A stretch of DNA of 64,000 bases from a virus. Each line of letters opens with the position of its first letter. Within the stretch, counting starts at the first letter, position 1. The stretch lies in the IMG/VR virus record IMGVR_UViG_3300023301_001182, positions 1 to 64,000 of that record. One strand, given 5' to 3'. Below the pieces are notes generated by a model that saw only the letters and a list, made by a program, of their open reading frames with translations, was not told where the DNA came from and made no database searches. Positions 9,172-18,970 of the stretch are shown piece after piece. A program made the position numbers and the translations under genes.

Positions 9172-12100
9172 ATGAGTACAGAACTTGCAGGAACTATAGT
9201 ATATGGTAATAGTGAATTATCATTTGTTAATGATAATGAAATACAGGAACAATTAGATTCTGATATATTACCAAATACATCTAGTACACAACAAATTATT
9301 GGACATACTACTACTAGAGATGGTATTGTAATATTTTCTACTGATGATCTAGGTATGGATTGTATATGGTATATTACAGATGTATTACGTAATGCTTATG
9401 AGATGAAATTATTATATGTAAGAAATTTAGGTTTCTCTACAGAATTTCCTATACAAGCAATATTTAATTATGAGAATGAAAACATACAAAAGGTTTATTG
9501 GGTAGATGGAAAGCATCAGATTAGATTTATAAATCTTACACATGATAATATTGAAGGTAATGAGCCTCTAATAGAACTACCGTCAACAAGTATAGATTTT
9601 GTAGGGACTATTGATTTCTCACAGCCTTATGTCACTGATAGAGTAGGTGGTGGAATACATACTGCAGGTATGATTCAATATGCATATAACTTATATAGAT
9701 TAAATTCATCTCAAACTAAATTAAGCCCACTATCAGAATTAGTACCTTTAGATAAAGGAGTAAATGGCGGAGGAGGAGAATTAAATGAAGTAGTAGGACT
9801 TACACCTATAGTTAGGATAGATGATATAGATTTATCATATACTCATATTAAAGTATATGCAATTAAATATACATCTTATAATGAATTACCAAGTATTAAT
9901 CTTATAGAAGATAGAGAAATAGATTCAAGTACTATTACATTATATGATGATGGAACTACTATTGCTTCATTAAGTTTAGAAGAATTTTTATTCTTAGGTT
10001 CAAGTCCTACTACACCAAAACATATTGAAACTAAAGATAATAGATTATTTTTATCTAATATACAAACTAAAGAATTTATATTACCTGATGAGTTAGATAT
10101 GAGGGCATATAGCTTTCCTATCAATTCCTCTACTACAAATGTATATAATAATATATCATCTGTATCTGATGATGTAATGACTGGTGATAAATTAGTTGTT
10201 AGTAATACTACATATGCTGTACCTTTATCCCATGATACTATAAACTTAAATTATAATATAAATAAATATACTTCAAACTCAACTCAGTTAGGAGGGGAAG
10301 GTAAATATATTAAATTTAAAATAGTACAAAAAGATATAACTGATTCTGAAGATTATAGGTTTTTAAAGGATAGAGAAATATATAGATTTGGTATTGAATT
10401 TTATAATAGCCTAGGACAAACATCTTTACCTGAATGGGTTATAGATTATAAAGCTCCTAGTGGTAATTTATTAGGTTCTTATAATACAGTTAATATAGAA
10501 TTAAAAGCAGAATTTTATACTTGGTTAAATAGTACTACATTTGAATCTGGAGATGATAAACCTGTTGGATACAGAATTATAAGAGCTGAAAGAACCTCAA
10601 ATGATAGAACTATATTATGCCAAGGAGTATTAGGTAGTATGATGGTTAATTCTGTCAGAGATAGTGAAAGTGCTGATTTATATACTACTCAACAAAAAAG
10701 AGATGATAGTAAATTAAAACCCAAATTACCAAACTTCTTATTAAGGACTTTTCAAGAACTAGTACCATTAAAAGCTAATAGTCATTTACAAGCTATGCAA
10801 TGGGATTCAACTGGTCAAAGAGCTTTTAATCCATTAAATGAAGTACAATATAAGGATAGTGAGAGAAAAGCTGACACATACCAATACAGTGCTATGTACC
10901 AGATGTACTCACCTGAAATATTATTTAGTACAGTAGGTGTAAATTCATCTACTAAATTTAGTATAGTAGGTGGTGCTGTCAATAATAATAATGCTTGGTG
11001 GGGACAAAAGAGAAACTTTACAACTAAAATTACTGATAATGAAGGCAAGGCTACTGGTAAATTAACACCTCATGCATCAGGTGGTCAAAATTTTGATATT
11101 AATGGTAGAGCTACTGATATGATGCATAGAGGTTTAATTGCTGATCCCCATGGTAGTGATGCAGATAAATTTGTGCAATTTAACCAATTTTATAGGGAGT
11201 TTAGTACTTTTATACCTGCTAATTATAGAGAATACTTTATATTTGGTAAACCAGAACTAACTGTTAGGGGGCAAGGTAATACAAACTATAATAATAATCC
11301 AAATTATGTTTATAGTAATAACTTAGAAGGATTTTTAAGTGATGGTTCAGATGGATGGGACCAGCCTGGGGATCTTGCTAGATCAGTAATTAGTTTAAAT
11401 TCTTATGGTAATAAATGTATAACATTTGTAGGAGATAATGGAACTAACAGTAATACTGTAGCACCACATAATAGACCTTTAATGGAGACACTTTATACTG
11501 CATCAGGTATAAACAACACAAATACCATTTTAATATCAGAATTTATTAGGCCTAAAAATGATACATATTTAGGAGGAATTTATAATGGTAATAGTTATGA
11601 GGATAAAAAAAGAACTACTTATATAAGCATTGGTAGCTATAATGATATAGCTACTACATCTGTACAAATAGATAGTCCTGGTGATACATATGTTCAAGAC
11701 TTTAAATTTGTAAGAATAGGTAAAACTGACAAAGAGGTGTACTCTAATGGTACTAATCAACATACTGAAATAGTATCTGTTAAATTAGAAACTACTGTTG
11801 ACTTAAAAAATAGGAATGACATATCAATATCACAATGGGATTCAAGATTTCAACCAACAAATATTGAATATCATCAATATAATAAAGTATATAGCCAACA
11901 GCCAACTTTAATTAAATCTACTGATGTTGCTTTTACCTTCAAAAGGATAAATAATTTTGATACTAGACTTCAATCTACTAAATTAAAAATACCAAATGAA
12001 AGTATTGATAGTTGGACTGATTTATTAGAGAATGAGATTATGGACTTAAATGGTAAATATGGTCCTATCAATGGATTAGCTTCTTTTGCTGATAATATAT

Positions 12101-13005
12101 ATACATTTCAAGATGAAGCCATAGCAGCTATCTCTATTAACCCTAGAGTACAAATACAAGGAAGTGATGGAGTTGGGTTAGAATTAGGTAAAGGTGGTAT
12201 ATTATATGATTTTGATTATATATCTACTAAATCAGGCTCAGTAAATAAATGGGGTATTATAACAACTAAGAAAGGTATATACTATTATGACATCCTAAAC
12301 AAGGCAATAGGTAGAGTTCCTGATGCAACAAAAACAATGTTAAGTGATGTTAAGGGAATGCATACATATTTTAATACTCATTATAATTATGACTCTCTTA
12401 AAAAGGATAATCCTATATTAAGAGAAGGAGCTTTATTTGGTTATGATAATTTTAATAATGATGTATACTTTACTTTATTACAAGGTGATGAGTCATTTAC
12501 TTGGTGTTTTAATGAATTAAAAGATAATTTTATTGATTTGAAGACATATAAACCATCTATGTATATATATAAAGGTGAGAGATTTATAATTGTCCCAAGC
12601 AATAATAGAGATTTATATGAACAATATAGAGGTGAGTATAATAAGTTCTTTGGACAATATCAACCAAGTTATATTACTTTACAAATAAATCCTGAAAGTG
12701 ATCTAGATTGTGTATTTGATAATATATACTTTAACTCTGAGTTATATTTAGATGATATAGACCAACCTGATAAAACATTAACTCATATACAAGCATTTAA
12801 TGAGTATCAAGATTCAGGTAGGATTCCATTAATATTTGGTAGAGATAAGAATTTAAGACGTAAATTTAGACAATGGAAAGCAAATATTCCAAGATCAGGT
12901 AGGAATAGGGTTAGAAATCCTTGGATATTTCTTAAATTAGAATTAGATAATACATCTAACTATAAATTTATACTTCATGATGTTATAATATCTTATAGTA
13001 TATAA
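9172..13005 (+). CDS. Tail stabilization/muzzle protein (P22 gp10-like), main body
   Basis: 1277 aa with KVYWVDG, EIYRFGIEFY, GDTYV, LNGKYGPIN and a C-terminal RRKFRQW..R.RNPWIFLKL; follows the tail tubular gene. Confidence 0.75.
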   Translation: MSTELAGTIVYGNSELSFVNDNEIQEQLDSDILPNTSSTQQIIGHTTTRDGIVIFSTDDLGMDCIWYITDVLRNAYEMKLLYVRNLGFSTEFPIQAIFNYENENIQKVYWVDGKHQIRFINLTHDNIEGNEPLIELPSTSIDFVGTIDFSQPYVTDRVGGGIHTAGMIQYAYNLYRLNSSQTKLSPLSELVPLDKGVNGGGGELNEVVGLTPIVRIDDIDLSYTHIKVYAIKYTSYNELPSINLIEDREIDSSTITLYDDGTTIASLSLEEFLFLGSSPTTPKHIETKDNRLFLSNIQTKEFILPDELDMRAYSFPINSSTTNVYNNISSVSDDVMTGDKLVVSNTTYAVPLSHDTINLNYNINKYTSNSTQLGGEGKYIKFKIVQKDITDSEDYRFLKDREIYRFGIEFYNSLGQTSLPEWVIDYKAPSGNLLGSYNTVNIELKAEFYTWLNSTTFESGDDKPVGYRIIRAERTSNDRTILCQGVLGSMMVNSVRDSESADLYTTQQKRDDSKLKPKLPNFLLRTFQELVPLKANSHLQAMQWDSTGQRAFNPLNEVQYKDSERKADTYQYSAMYQMYSPEILFSTVGVNSSTKFSIVGGAVNNNNAWWGQKRNFTTKITDNEGKATGKLTPHASGGQNFDINGRATDMMHRGLIADPHGSDADKFVQFNQFYREFSTFIPANYREYFIFGKPELTVRGQGNTNYNNNPNYVYSNNLEGFLSDGSDGWDQPGDLARSVISLNSYGNKCITFVGDNGTNSNTVAPHNRPLMETLYTASGINNTNTILISEFIRPKNDTYLGGIYNGNSYEDKKRTTYISIGSYNDIATTSVQIDSPGDTYVQDFKFVRIGKTDKEVYSNGTNQHTEIVSVKLETTVDLKNRNDISISQWDSRFQPTNIEYHQYNKVYSQQPTLIKSTDVAFTFKRINNFDTRLQSTKLKIPNESIDSWTDLLENEIMDLNGKYGPINGLASFADNIYTFQDEAIAAISINPRVQIQGSDGVGLELGKGGILYDFDYISTKSGSVNKWGIITTKKGIYYYDILNKAIGRVPDATKTMLSDVKGMHTYFNTHYNYDSLKKDNPILREGALFGYDNFNNDVYFTLLQGDESFTWCFNELKDNFIDLKTYKPSMYIYKGERFIIVPSNNRDLYEQYRGEYNKFFGQYQPSYITLQINPESDLDCVFDNIYFNSELYLDDIDQPDKTLTHIQAFNEYQDSGRIPLIFGRDKNLRRKFRQWKANIPRSGRNRVRNPWIFLKLELDNTSNYKFILHDVIISYSI

Positions 13006-13006
13006 T

Positions 13007-13579
13007 ATGGCATTTGTATATCAACATATAAGATTGGACAATAATGAGGTTTTTTATATAGGAATAGGTATTAATAAATATAGACCTCTTAGTAAATATA
13101 GAAGAAATAAGTACTGGCATAATATAGTAAATAAATGTGGGTATAAATCAGAAATTATTTATAATAATTTAACTTGGAAAGATGCAATAGAGTTTGAAAA
13201 GTTTTTAATTAAATTATATGGTAGAAAAGATCTAGGGTAAGGTACATTATCTAATATGACAGATGGTGGTGAGGGTAGTATAAATAGAAAACAAACACAA
13301 CTAGCTAAAGATAAGATAAGTATGGCTAATAAAGGTAATGTATCTGCTAGAAAAGGAATTAAATTAAGTAAAGAGATTATTGATAAGATGTCAAATACTA
13401 AAACAGGTAAACCCAATTTAAAAATTAGAAAAGTTATTATAGATACTAAAACTAATAAATTGTATAGTGGGGTAAAAGAAGCTCATAAAGATTTCCCTGA
13501 ATATTCATTATCTACATTATATTCGTATTTAAATGGTAATAAAAAAAATAGAAGTTCTTTATTGACTTATACTCTATAA
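13007..13579 (+). pseudogene. GIY-YIG-like homing endonuclease with one in-frame nonsense codon
   Basis: ORFs 13007-13240 and 13256-13579 share a frame and read YGRKDLG*GTLSNMTDGGEG (TAA at 13238-13240). The intact paralog at 5857 reads YGRRDLGTGYLCNMTDGGEG. Confidence 0.85.
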
Positions 13580-13610
13580 TAAATTTAATTATAAAAAATG
13601 TATAAAATAA

Positions 13611-13642
13611 TTTGTATTTATAACAATAATTCTGTATCTTTG
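13611..13642 (+). promoter_or_regulatory. Bacteroidota-type promoter for the cargo-protein operon
   Basis: TTTG(13611-13614)-N20-TATCTTTG(13635-13642), 8 nt before ATG 13651, which suggests a near-leaderless mRNA. Confidence 0.75.
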
Positions 13643-13650
13643 CTAAACTT

Positions 13651-15327
13651 ATGAACGAAAGAGAAAGACTCATAGAAAGATTAATTAGTGAAAAAGGGGG
13701 TACTAGACAACAGTACCTCCATTTACTTAAAAGTATTACCAAGCATGAAAGTGGTGGTGATTATAGTATACATCAAAAAAGTGGTGGTCCTGGAAGAGGT
13801 GGTTATCAATTTGAAGAAGGAAAGAATAAAGGAGCTATTACTGCTGCTAGACGTACAAAACAATATTATAGAGAATTAGATCAACCAGTAGAAAAATGGT
13901 TAGAAAAGGCTGTTAAAGGTGATAGTTTAGATGCTAGTACTTTAACTTCTGAACAGCAAGATATATTGTTTTTAGGTAATATGAAGATGCATCCTCGTGC
14001 AGACCTAAATAAAGTAATGACAGGTAAAGAGTCTGTTCCAGACTTCTGGGCTAATTATCATTGGGCTGGTAAGAATAGAGATAGGAAAGCAAGAATAGAT
14101 AATTTTAAGGAAACTTATACACCATATAAAGCTCCTGAAATTACAGAAGAAGGGTTTCAAAAAGAACCATTACCTACACAAGCACAAGATAATACATATA
14201 TAGCTCCTGTAAGACAAATTACAGAAGTTACACAACCACATCAAAGAATAACACAACAAACTGTACAGCCACAGGATGAACCTAATTCTGGAAACTTTAA
14301 TGACTTGATTAGTTATATGAAAGGTATGGGGGTTAATAAACAAGCTTATGGTGGTAATGCTAGTCCTGACTACTCTACAAATGTAAATACATTTGGTAAT
14401 GGTGGTAGTCATGAATCTAATCCTTTAGGTGGTATACCAATGGGAATGGGTAGTAATGGTAAACAGAATAGTGTAGAGCAAGGTGAAACATCATTTAATT
14501 TAAAAGATGGTAAGTATATTTTTTCTAATAGAATTTCACTAGATGGAAAAGTACAATCATCTTCACCTACTGATAATAAGTTTGCAGAAGGTGGTAATAT
14601 AGGTGATCCAATTACACCTAATCAAAAAGCTGATAAAACAGGTAAAGATTTTGTAACTAATTGGATGTCTCATCCTGAAACAAGAAAGAGGTATAGAACT
14701 AATATGAATGAATTAGAAGGTACTAATAATAATAGATTAGCTACTGATAATACAACGTTTCAGAAAGGGTTAACAGATTTAAAGCAAACTACTTCTAAGT
14801 TTAATCCTACTACTAAAAACATTAAAGGCTCATATCAAGATAAGAATATAAATTATTATGGTGATGTAACACCAGGTACAGCAACACATGAACAAACTCA
14901 TGCAACAGGAGATATTAGTAATAATCTTTCTAAATATGCAATGAAGAAATATGGTCTATTAGGTTCCCTAAGAGATAAATTTCCTGGTAGTTCTACTAAT
15001 GAAGCTGTACAACAAGAATTTAATCCTGCTACATCATTTGGTGTAGAGGATCAGATTAAACAAGCGTCTTATATGGGCAGTAATGGTGAACTATATCCTA
15101 GATTTATGGAGATGAGACAATTACTTAATGTAACTCCAGGTCAACCTATTACAGATGATATGGTTAATAAACTAATCAAAGATCCAAAAACAAATCAAAC
15201 TGCTAGATTTTATACTCCTAAGAGATTAAAAGAGATATTAAATACAATAGCAGATAATAATACAAATAAATATCAGAATGTTGCTGCATATGGTGGTAAT
15301 TTTTTAAATACTAAATCTAAAAGATAA
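13651..15327 (+). CDS. Virion cargo protein with N-terminal lysozyme/transglycosylase-like domain and zincin-like HExxH domain
   Basis: ITKHESGG..GRGGYQF (lysozyme-like fold motif), GGSHESNPLGG..VEQGET, THEQTH..GELYPRFMEMR; several aromatic-x-x-GG motifs. Confidence 0.55.
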   Translation: MNERERLIERLISEKGGTRQQYLHLLKSITKHESGGDYSIHQKSGGPGRGGYQFEEGKNKGAITAARRTKQYYRELDQPVEKWLEKAVKGDSLDASTLTSEQQDILFLGNMKMHPRADLNKVMTGKESVPDFWANYHWAGKNRDRKARIDNFKETYTPYKAPEITEEGFQKEPLPTQAQDNTYIAPVRQITEVTQPHQRITQQTVQPQDEPNSGNFNDLISYMKGMGVNKQAYGGNASPDYSTNVNTFGNGGSHESNPLGGIPMGMGSNGKQNSVEQGETSFNLKDGKYIFSNRISLDGKVQSSSPTDNKFAEGGNIGDPITPNQKADKTGKDFVTNWMSHPETRKRYRTNMNELEGTNNNRLATDNTTFQKGLTDLKQTTSKFNPTTKNIKGSYQDKNINYYGDVTPGTATHEQTHATGDISNNLSKYAMKKYGLLGSLRDKFPGSSTNEAVQQEFNPATSFGVEDQIKQASYMGSNGELYPRFMEMRQLLNVTPGQPITDDMVNKLIKDPKTNQTARFYTPKRLKEILNTIADNNTNKYQNVAAYGGNFLNTKSKR

Positions 15328-17138
15328 TGAAACAAGATTTAATTAGCCAATTCTCATTACCTCCATATATAAAAGGTAAAAGCTTTTCAGAGGCAAGTAA
15401 AGCTATTGAAAATAAATTCAAGGACAGAAATGATAATGCTGCAAAGGAAACTAAAAATGCTTTGTTGGAAAGATTATCTCAAGCTCAAGAATTTGTTAAG
15501 ATGCAAGAATCTGTAAAGAATGAATCTCAACAAATTCCTGACCAAATGGATGGTCAAGTTCCTGAAGGTATGGAAGAGTATATGGCACAACAAGGTGGTC
15601 AACCACAACAAGAGATTCCTATGCAACCCCAACAAGGTATGCAACCTCAGCAAGGACAACCAGCAGATCCAAATGTAGCTGCTTATGGTGGACTATTTGG
15701 TAAACAGAATAAATATAATGTAGGTGGTTCTATGGGACAAGCTGTTACAGGTATACCAACACAACAAATAGGAGTTAACACAGTTCCTGGTGGAGGTATA
15801 GACCCTACATTAGCTGCTGGAGCACCAATGGGTGTTGAAGTCCCTGGTGGAGGAGGTGGTGCAAGTGCTGCTGGAACTGCTGGAACTGCTGGAACTGCTG
15901 GAGCTGCTGGAACTGCATTAGAGTTAGGAAAAACTGCTTTTGGTCCTACAGGAATAGATATGTCAGGAGCACAAAAAGCACCAGAAACACAAAGTAAAGG
16001 TATGGGAGCTGCTAGTAGTGCTATAAAAGGTGCAGGAGCAGGTGCTGCTTTTGGGCCTATTGGAATGGGAGTAGGCGCAGTAATAGGTGGAGCTGCTGGA
16101 TTTATTGGTGCAGGTAAAGCCCAAAAAGAAGCTAATGAGGCTAGAAATAATTATACATATACTCAAAACTCTGATATAAGACAAAGTGATTTTGCTATGG
16201 GTGGTAAAATGAATAAATATGGTGATGGTGGTAGACCTTTTCAAAGAGATCCTAATGCTCCTAATTATAGTGATTTAAGTAAACCTTTAGATAGAAATAT
16301 AAATCCTGGAGCACCATCATTAACTAGTCCGTCTATATATGGTCAAGCACCTAAAAATATGGGTAATTATGCTGAAAGAACAGCACCTGATACAAGTAAT
16401 TTAGATTTTGGTAGTAAAAATCCTACTAATCCTAATTTTGATAATGGTACAGTAGCAGGTAGAGGTTTAGATTGGTTAGGTAAAAATGCAGGTAATATAG
16501 CACAATATGCTCCTGTTGCAGGTAATCTTATGTCATTAAAGAATTTAAAACAAGGAGCTACTGAAAGAGGTAGTAGAGTAGATAATGTATATCAACCACA
16601 ATTATATGATGAAGCACGTCTACAAAATATATTAGGTCAAAGAAATACTGAAAGAGCTCTTACAGAAGCATCTGGAGGTGATTTAGGAGCATTAAGAAGT
16701 AATTTAGTTGCAAGTGGCGCAGGTAAGACAAAGGCTCAATCTGAAGCTATGGCACAAGCTGATTCAGTTAATAGAGGTGAAAAAGGTAAACAGTTTCAAT
16801 CTGAAGTAGCTAGAGATAGAACTAATATTCAATTAGATCAAAATTTCTTAGAAAGAAAAGCTGCAGATAAAGGAGCATACGAAACTACTAAAGAAAACTT
16901 GAAAAGACAATTAGCTCAAGATGTTGGTGCTATTGGTAAAGAAGAAGTTGATAAAAAGTTAGTTAAAGAGATGTTTGGTTATACATGGAATGGTAAATAT
17001 TGGGTAGATGATGAAGGTAATACTTATTCAAATAAAGATGTTAATACTAAACTTAAAACTGAAAAAGAAACTAAATCAGAGAAAGATAAGAAAGATTATG
17101 AAGACTATCTTACTTATAAAAAATCTAAAAAAGAATAA
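15327..17138 (+). CDS. Virion cargo/ejection protein with glycine-zipper membrane segment
   Basis: Q/P-rich linker and the glycine zipper GAGAGAAFGPIGMGVGAVIGGAAGFIG; no Cys. Confidence 0.55.
   Translation: MKQDLISQFSLPPYIKGKSFSEASKAIENKFKDRNDNAAKETKNALLERLSQAQEFVKMQESVKNESQQIPDQMDGQVPEGMEEYMAQQGGQPQQEIPMQPQQGMQPQQGQPADPNVAAYGGLFGKQNKYNVGGSMGQAVTGIPTQQIGVNTVPGGGIDPTLAAGAPMGVEVPGGGGGASAAGTAGTAGTAGAAGTALELGKTAFGPTGIDMSGAQKAPETQSKGMGAASSAIKGAGAGAAFGPIGMGVGAVIGGAAGFIGAGKAQKEANEARNNYTYTQNSDIRQSDFAMGGKMNKYGDGGRPFQRDPNAPNYSDLSKPLDRNINPGAPSLTSPSIYGQAPKNMGNYAERTAPDTSNLDFGSKNPTNPNFDNGTVAGRGLDWLGKNAGNIAQYAPVAGNLMSLKNLKQGATERGSRVDNVYQPQLYDEARLQNILGQRNTERALTEASGGDLGALRSNLVASGAGKTKAQSEAMAQADSVNRGEKGKQFQSEVARDRTNIQLDQNFLERKAADKGAYETTKENLKRQLAQDVGAIGKEEVDKKLVKEMFGYTWNGKYWVDDEGNTYSNKDVNTKLKTEKETKSEKDKKDYEDYLTYKKSKKE
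15870..15914 (+). repeat. In-frame 9-bp tandem repeat (GCTGGAACT x5, one variant) encoding AGT repeats
   Basis: gctggaact gctggaact gctggaact gctggagct gctggaact. Confidence 0.9.
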
Positions 17139-17140
17139 CA

Positions 17141-18958
17141 ATGGCTCAGATTAATCGTTACACAAATTTACAACCAGCAAAATATACTCCTAGGACATTA
17201 CAGGAGCAAATGTTGGTTCCAGCATATAAGAGACAACAACATAATGCATTGGATACAGCAGCTTCAGAATTAGGAGCTATAGAATCCAATAGATTAAAAA
17301 CAGATGAAGAGGCTGTATCAGGAGCTATTTCTGAGTTTGATAAGGAGTTATCTGATTATAGAGATAAATTAAATAAAGAAGGTTTTTCTCAATCCAATAA
17401 ATCATATATAAATACTTTAACTAAAAAACGACAAGATTTACTATCTAATACAGGTGTGGTTGGGAAAGCAACTAAATCATATGAAGCCTATAAACAAAAT
17501 GAGGAAGAACTAAAAAAGTTATATACTTCTGGTAAGATAAGTCCAGAAAAATATCAATTAGGAATACAAGAAGCATTATCACAATATGATCAGTCAGGTG
17601 GTGTAGTTAATAATGGTGAATATAATTCATTTATGGCTTCTCCTGATCAAGATATAATGAAGAGAGCAAGGGAAATAGCACTAGATATACAGAAAAATCC
17701 TTCAACATTAACTAATTTTGGATTAATTAAAAAAGGAAATAGATATTATGACACTAAAACTGAGACAGATTATACAAAAGAGGAAGCTATATCTTATGCA
17801 ATTCAAAGTATCTTAGGACAAGACCAAGAGATTAGTTCTGACCTAATGCAAAGAGAAGAGTTGGGGATGTTTGGAGATAAGACAGCTAAAGATTACTTAA
17901 AAAGTATAGGAGATACCCATGAAGTATTTTATTCAAAAAATAACACTAGTAAAACACAATCTGGTTTTTATGATCCAGATGAAACATATTTAAGACATAA
18001 AGCATTAGATAAACAACTTAAAGAAGATGCCGTTGATTTTGAAAATTATACAACTACAGTTACCCAGTTAAATAATAGTGATGATATCGCTAAATTAAAA
18101 GATGTTAGAAATGGTATAATAGGAATTGATGCTAAACAGTATATGAACCGTGGTGATGTATCTTTCCTTGAAGCTATAAAAGATGTTATATTAGGAAAAG
18201 CACCACTATTACCTGAAACATTTGAAAAATTAGAAGGAAATCTTAAAAATAAGGTAGAGAATGTATTTGAAGGTCTTAAACGAAATGGAACATTATCACA
18301 AGATGCAGAAATAGGAAGCAAAGAAAGTTTAGGGGCAGTAATTAATCATATGGAAAATACTAAAGATATATCATTAACTCCTAAAGTAATAAAACCCTCT
18401 CTAAAAAAGCAGGACGAAGAAAGAAAAAATATTATTAAAAATGCAAGAAGTCGAGAATTTTACGTTGTAAAAGATAAAACAGCTTATTCATATGAACAAA
18501 TGATTGATGAAGATTATCTCACAGAAAATTATAATGAGAATTTAAAAAATTCAATTTATAATGGTCAATTATCTTCAGATAATGATTATTCGATGAAATT
18601 ACCTATTGATTATGGGAATACTTGGAATATACCACATGTAATGACAATTGGGGGAAATGAAGTTTTAGTGTCACCTAGTGCATCTGAATTAGCTAGCCCT
18701 TATAATAGGACTGAAGATAATTTACATAAAGAGTTCATAAAACTACAATATAGTGCATTACCAGAATTATATACTTGGAGGTATCAAGATGGAGATGGTG
18801 TAGATATAACCAGAGACGTTGAAGCTGAAATTACTACTGGAGGGAGATATATAGTTAGAGCTCCGTCTTTAAAAGATCCTAATTTTATACAGGAAGATAC
18901 CCTTAGTGCAGATGAATTTAGAGAAGTTTTATTAGATTTTACTCCAAGAAATAAATAA
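17141..18958 (+). CDS. Virion cargo protein (helical)
   Basis: 605 aa; N-terminal NRY...YTP..LQE...P motif; no Cys; within the cargo block. Confidence 0.5.
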   Translation: MAQINRYTNLQPAKYTPRTLQEQMLVPAYKRQQHNALDTAASELGAIESNRLKTDEEAVSGAISEFDKELSDYRDKLNKEGFSQSNKSYINTLTKKRQDLLSNTGVVGKATKSYEAYKQNEEELKKLYTSGKISPEKYQLGIQEALSQYDQSGGVVNNGEYNSFMASPDQDIMKRAREIALDIQKNPSTLTNFGLIKKGNRYYDTKTETDYTKEEAISYAIQSILGQDQEISSDLMQREELGMFGDKTAKDYLKSIGDTHEVFYSKNNTSKTQSGFYDPDETYLRHKALDKQLKEDAVDFENYTTTVTQLNNSDDIAKLKDVRNGIIGIDAKQYMNRGDVSFLEAIKDVILGKAPLLPETFEKLEGNLKNKVENVFEGLKRNGTLSQDAEIGSKESLGAVINHMENTKDISLTPKVIKPSLKKQDEERKNIIKNARSREFYVVKDKTAYSYEQMIDEDYLTENYNENLKNSIYNGQLSSDNDYSMKLPIDYGNTWNIPHVMTIGGNEVLVSPSASELASPYNRTEDNLHKEFIKLQYSALPELYTWRYQDGDGVDITRDVEAEITTGGRYIVRAPSLKDPNFIQEDTLSADEFREVLLDFTPRNK

Positions 18959-18970
18959 AAATAAGATTAC

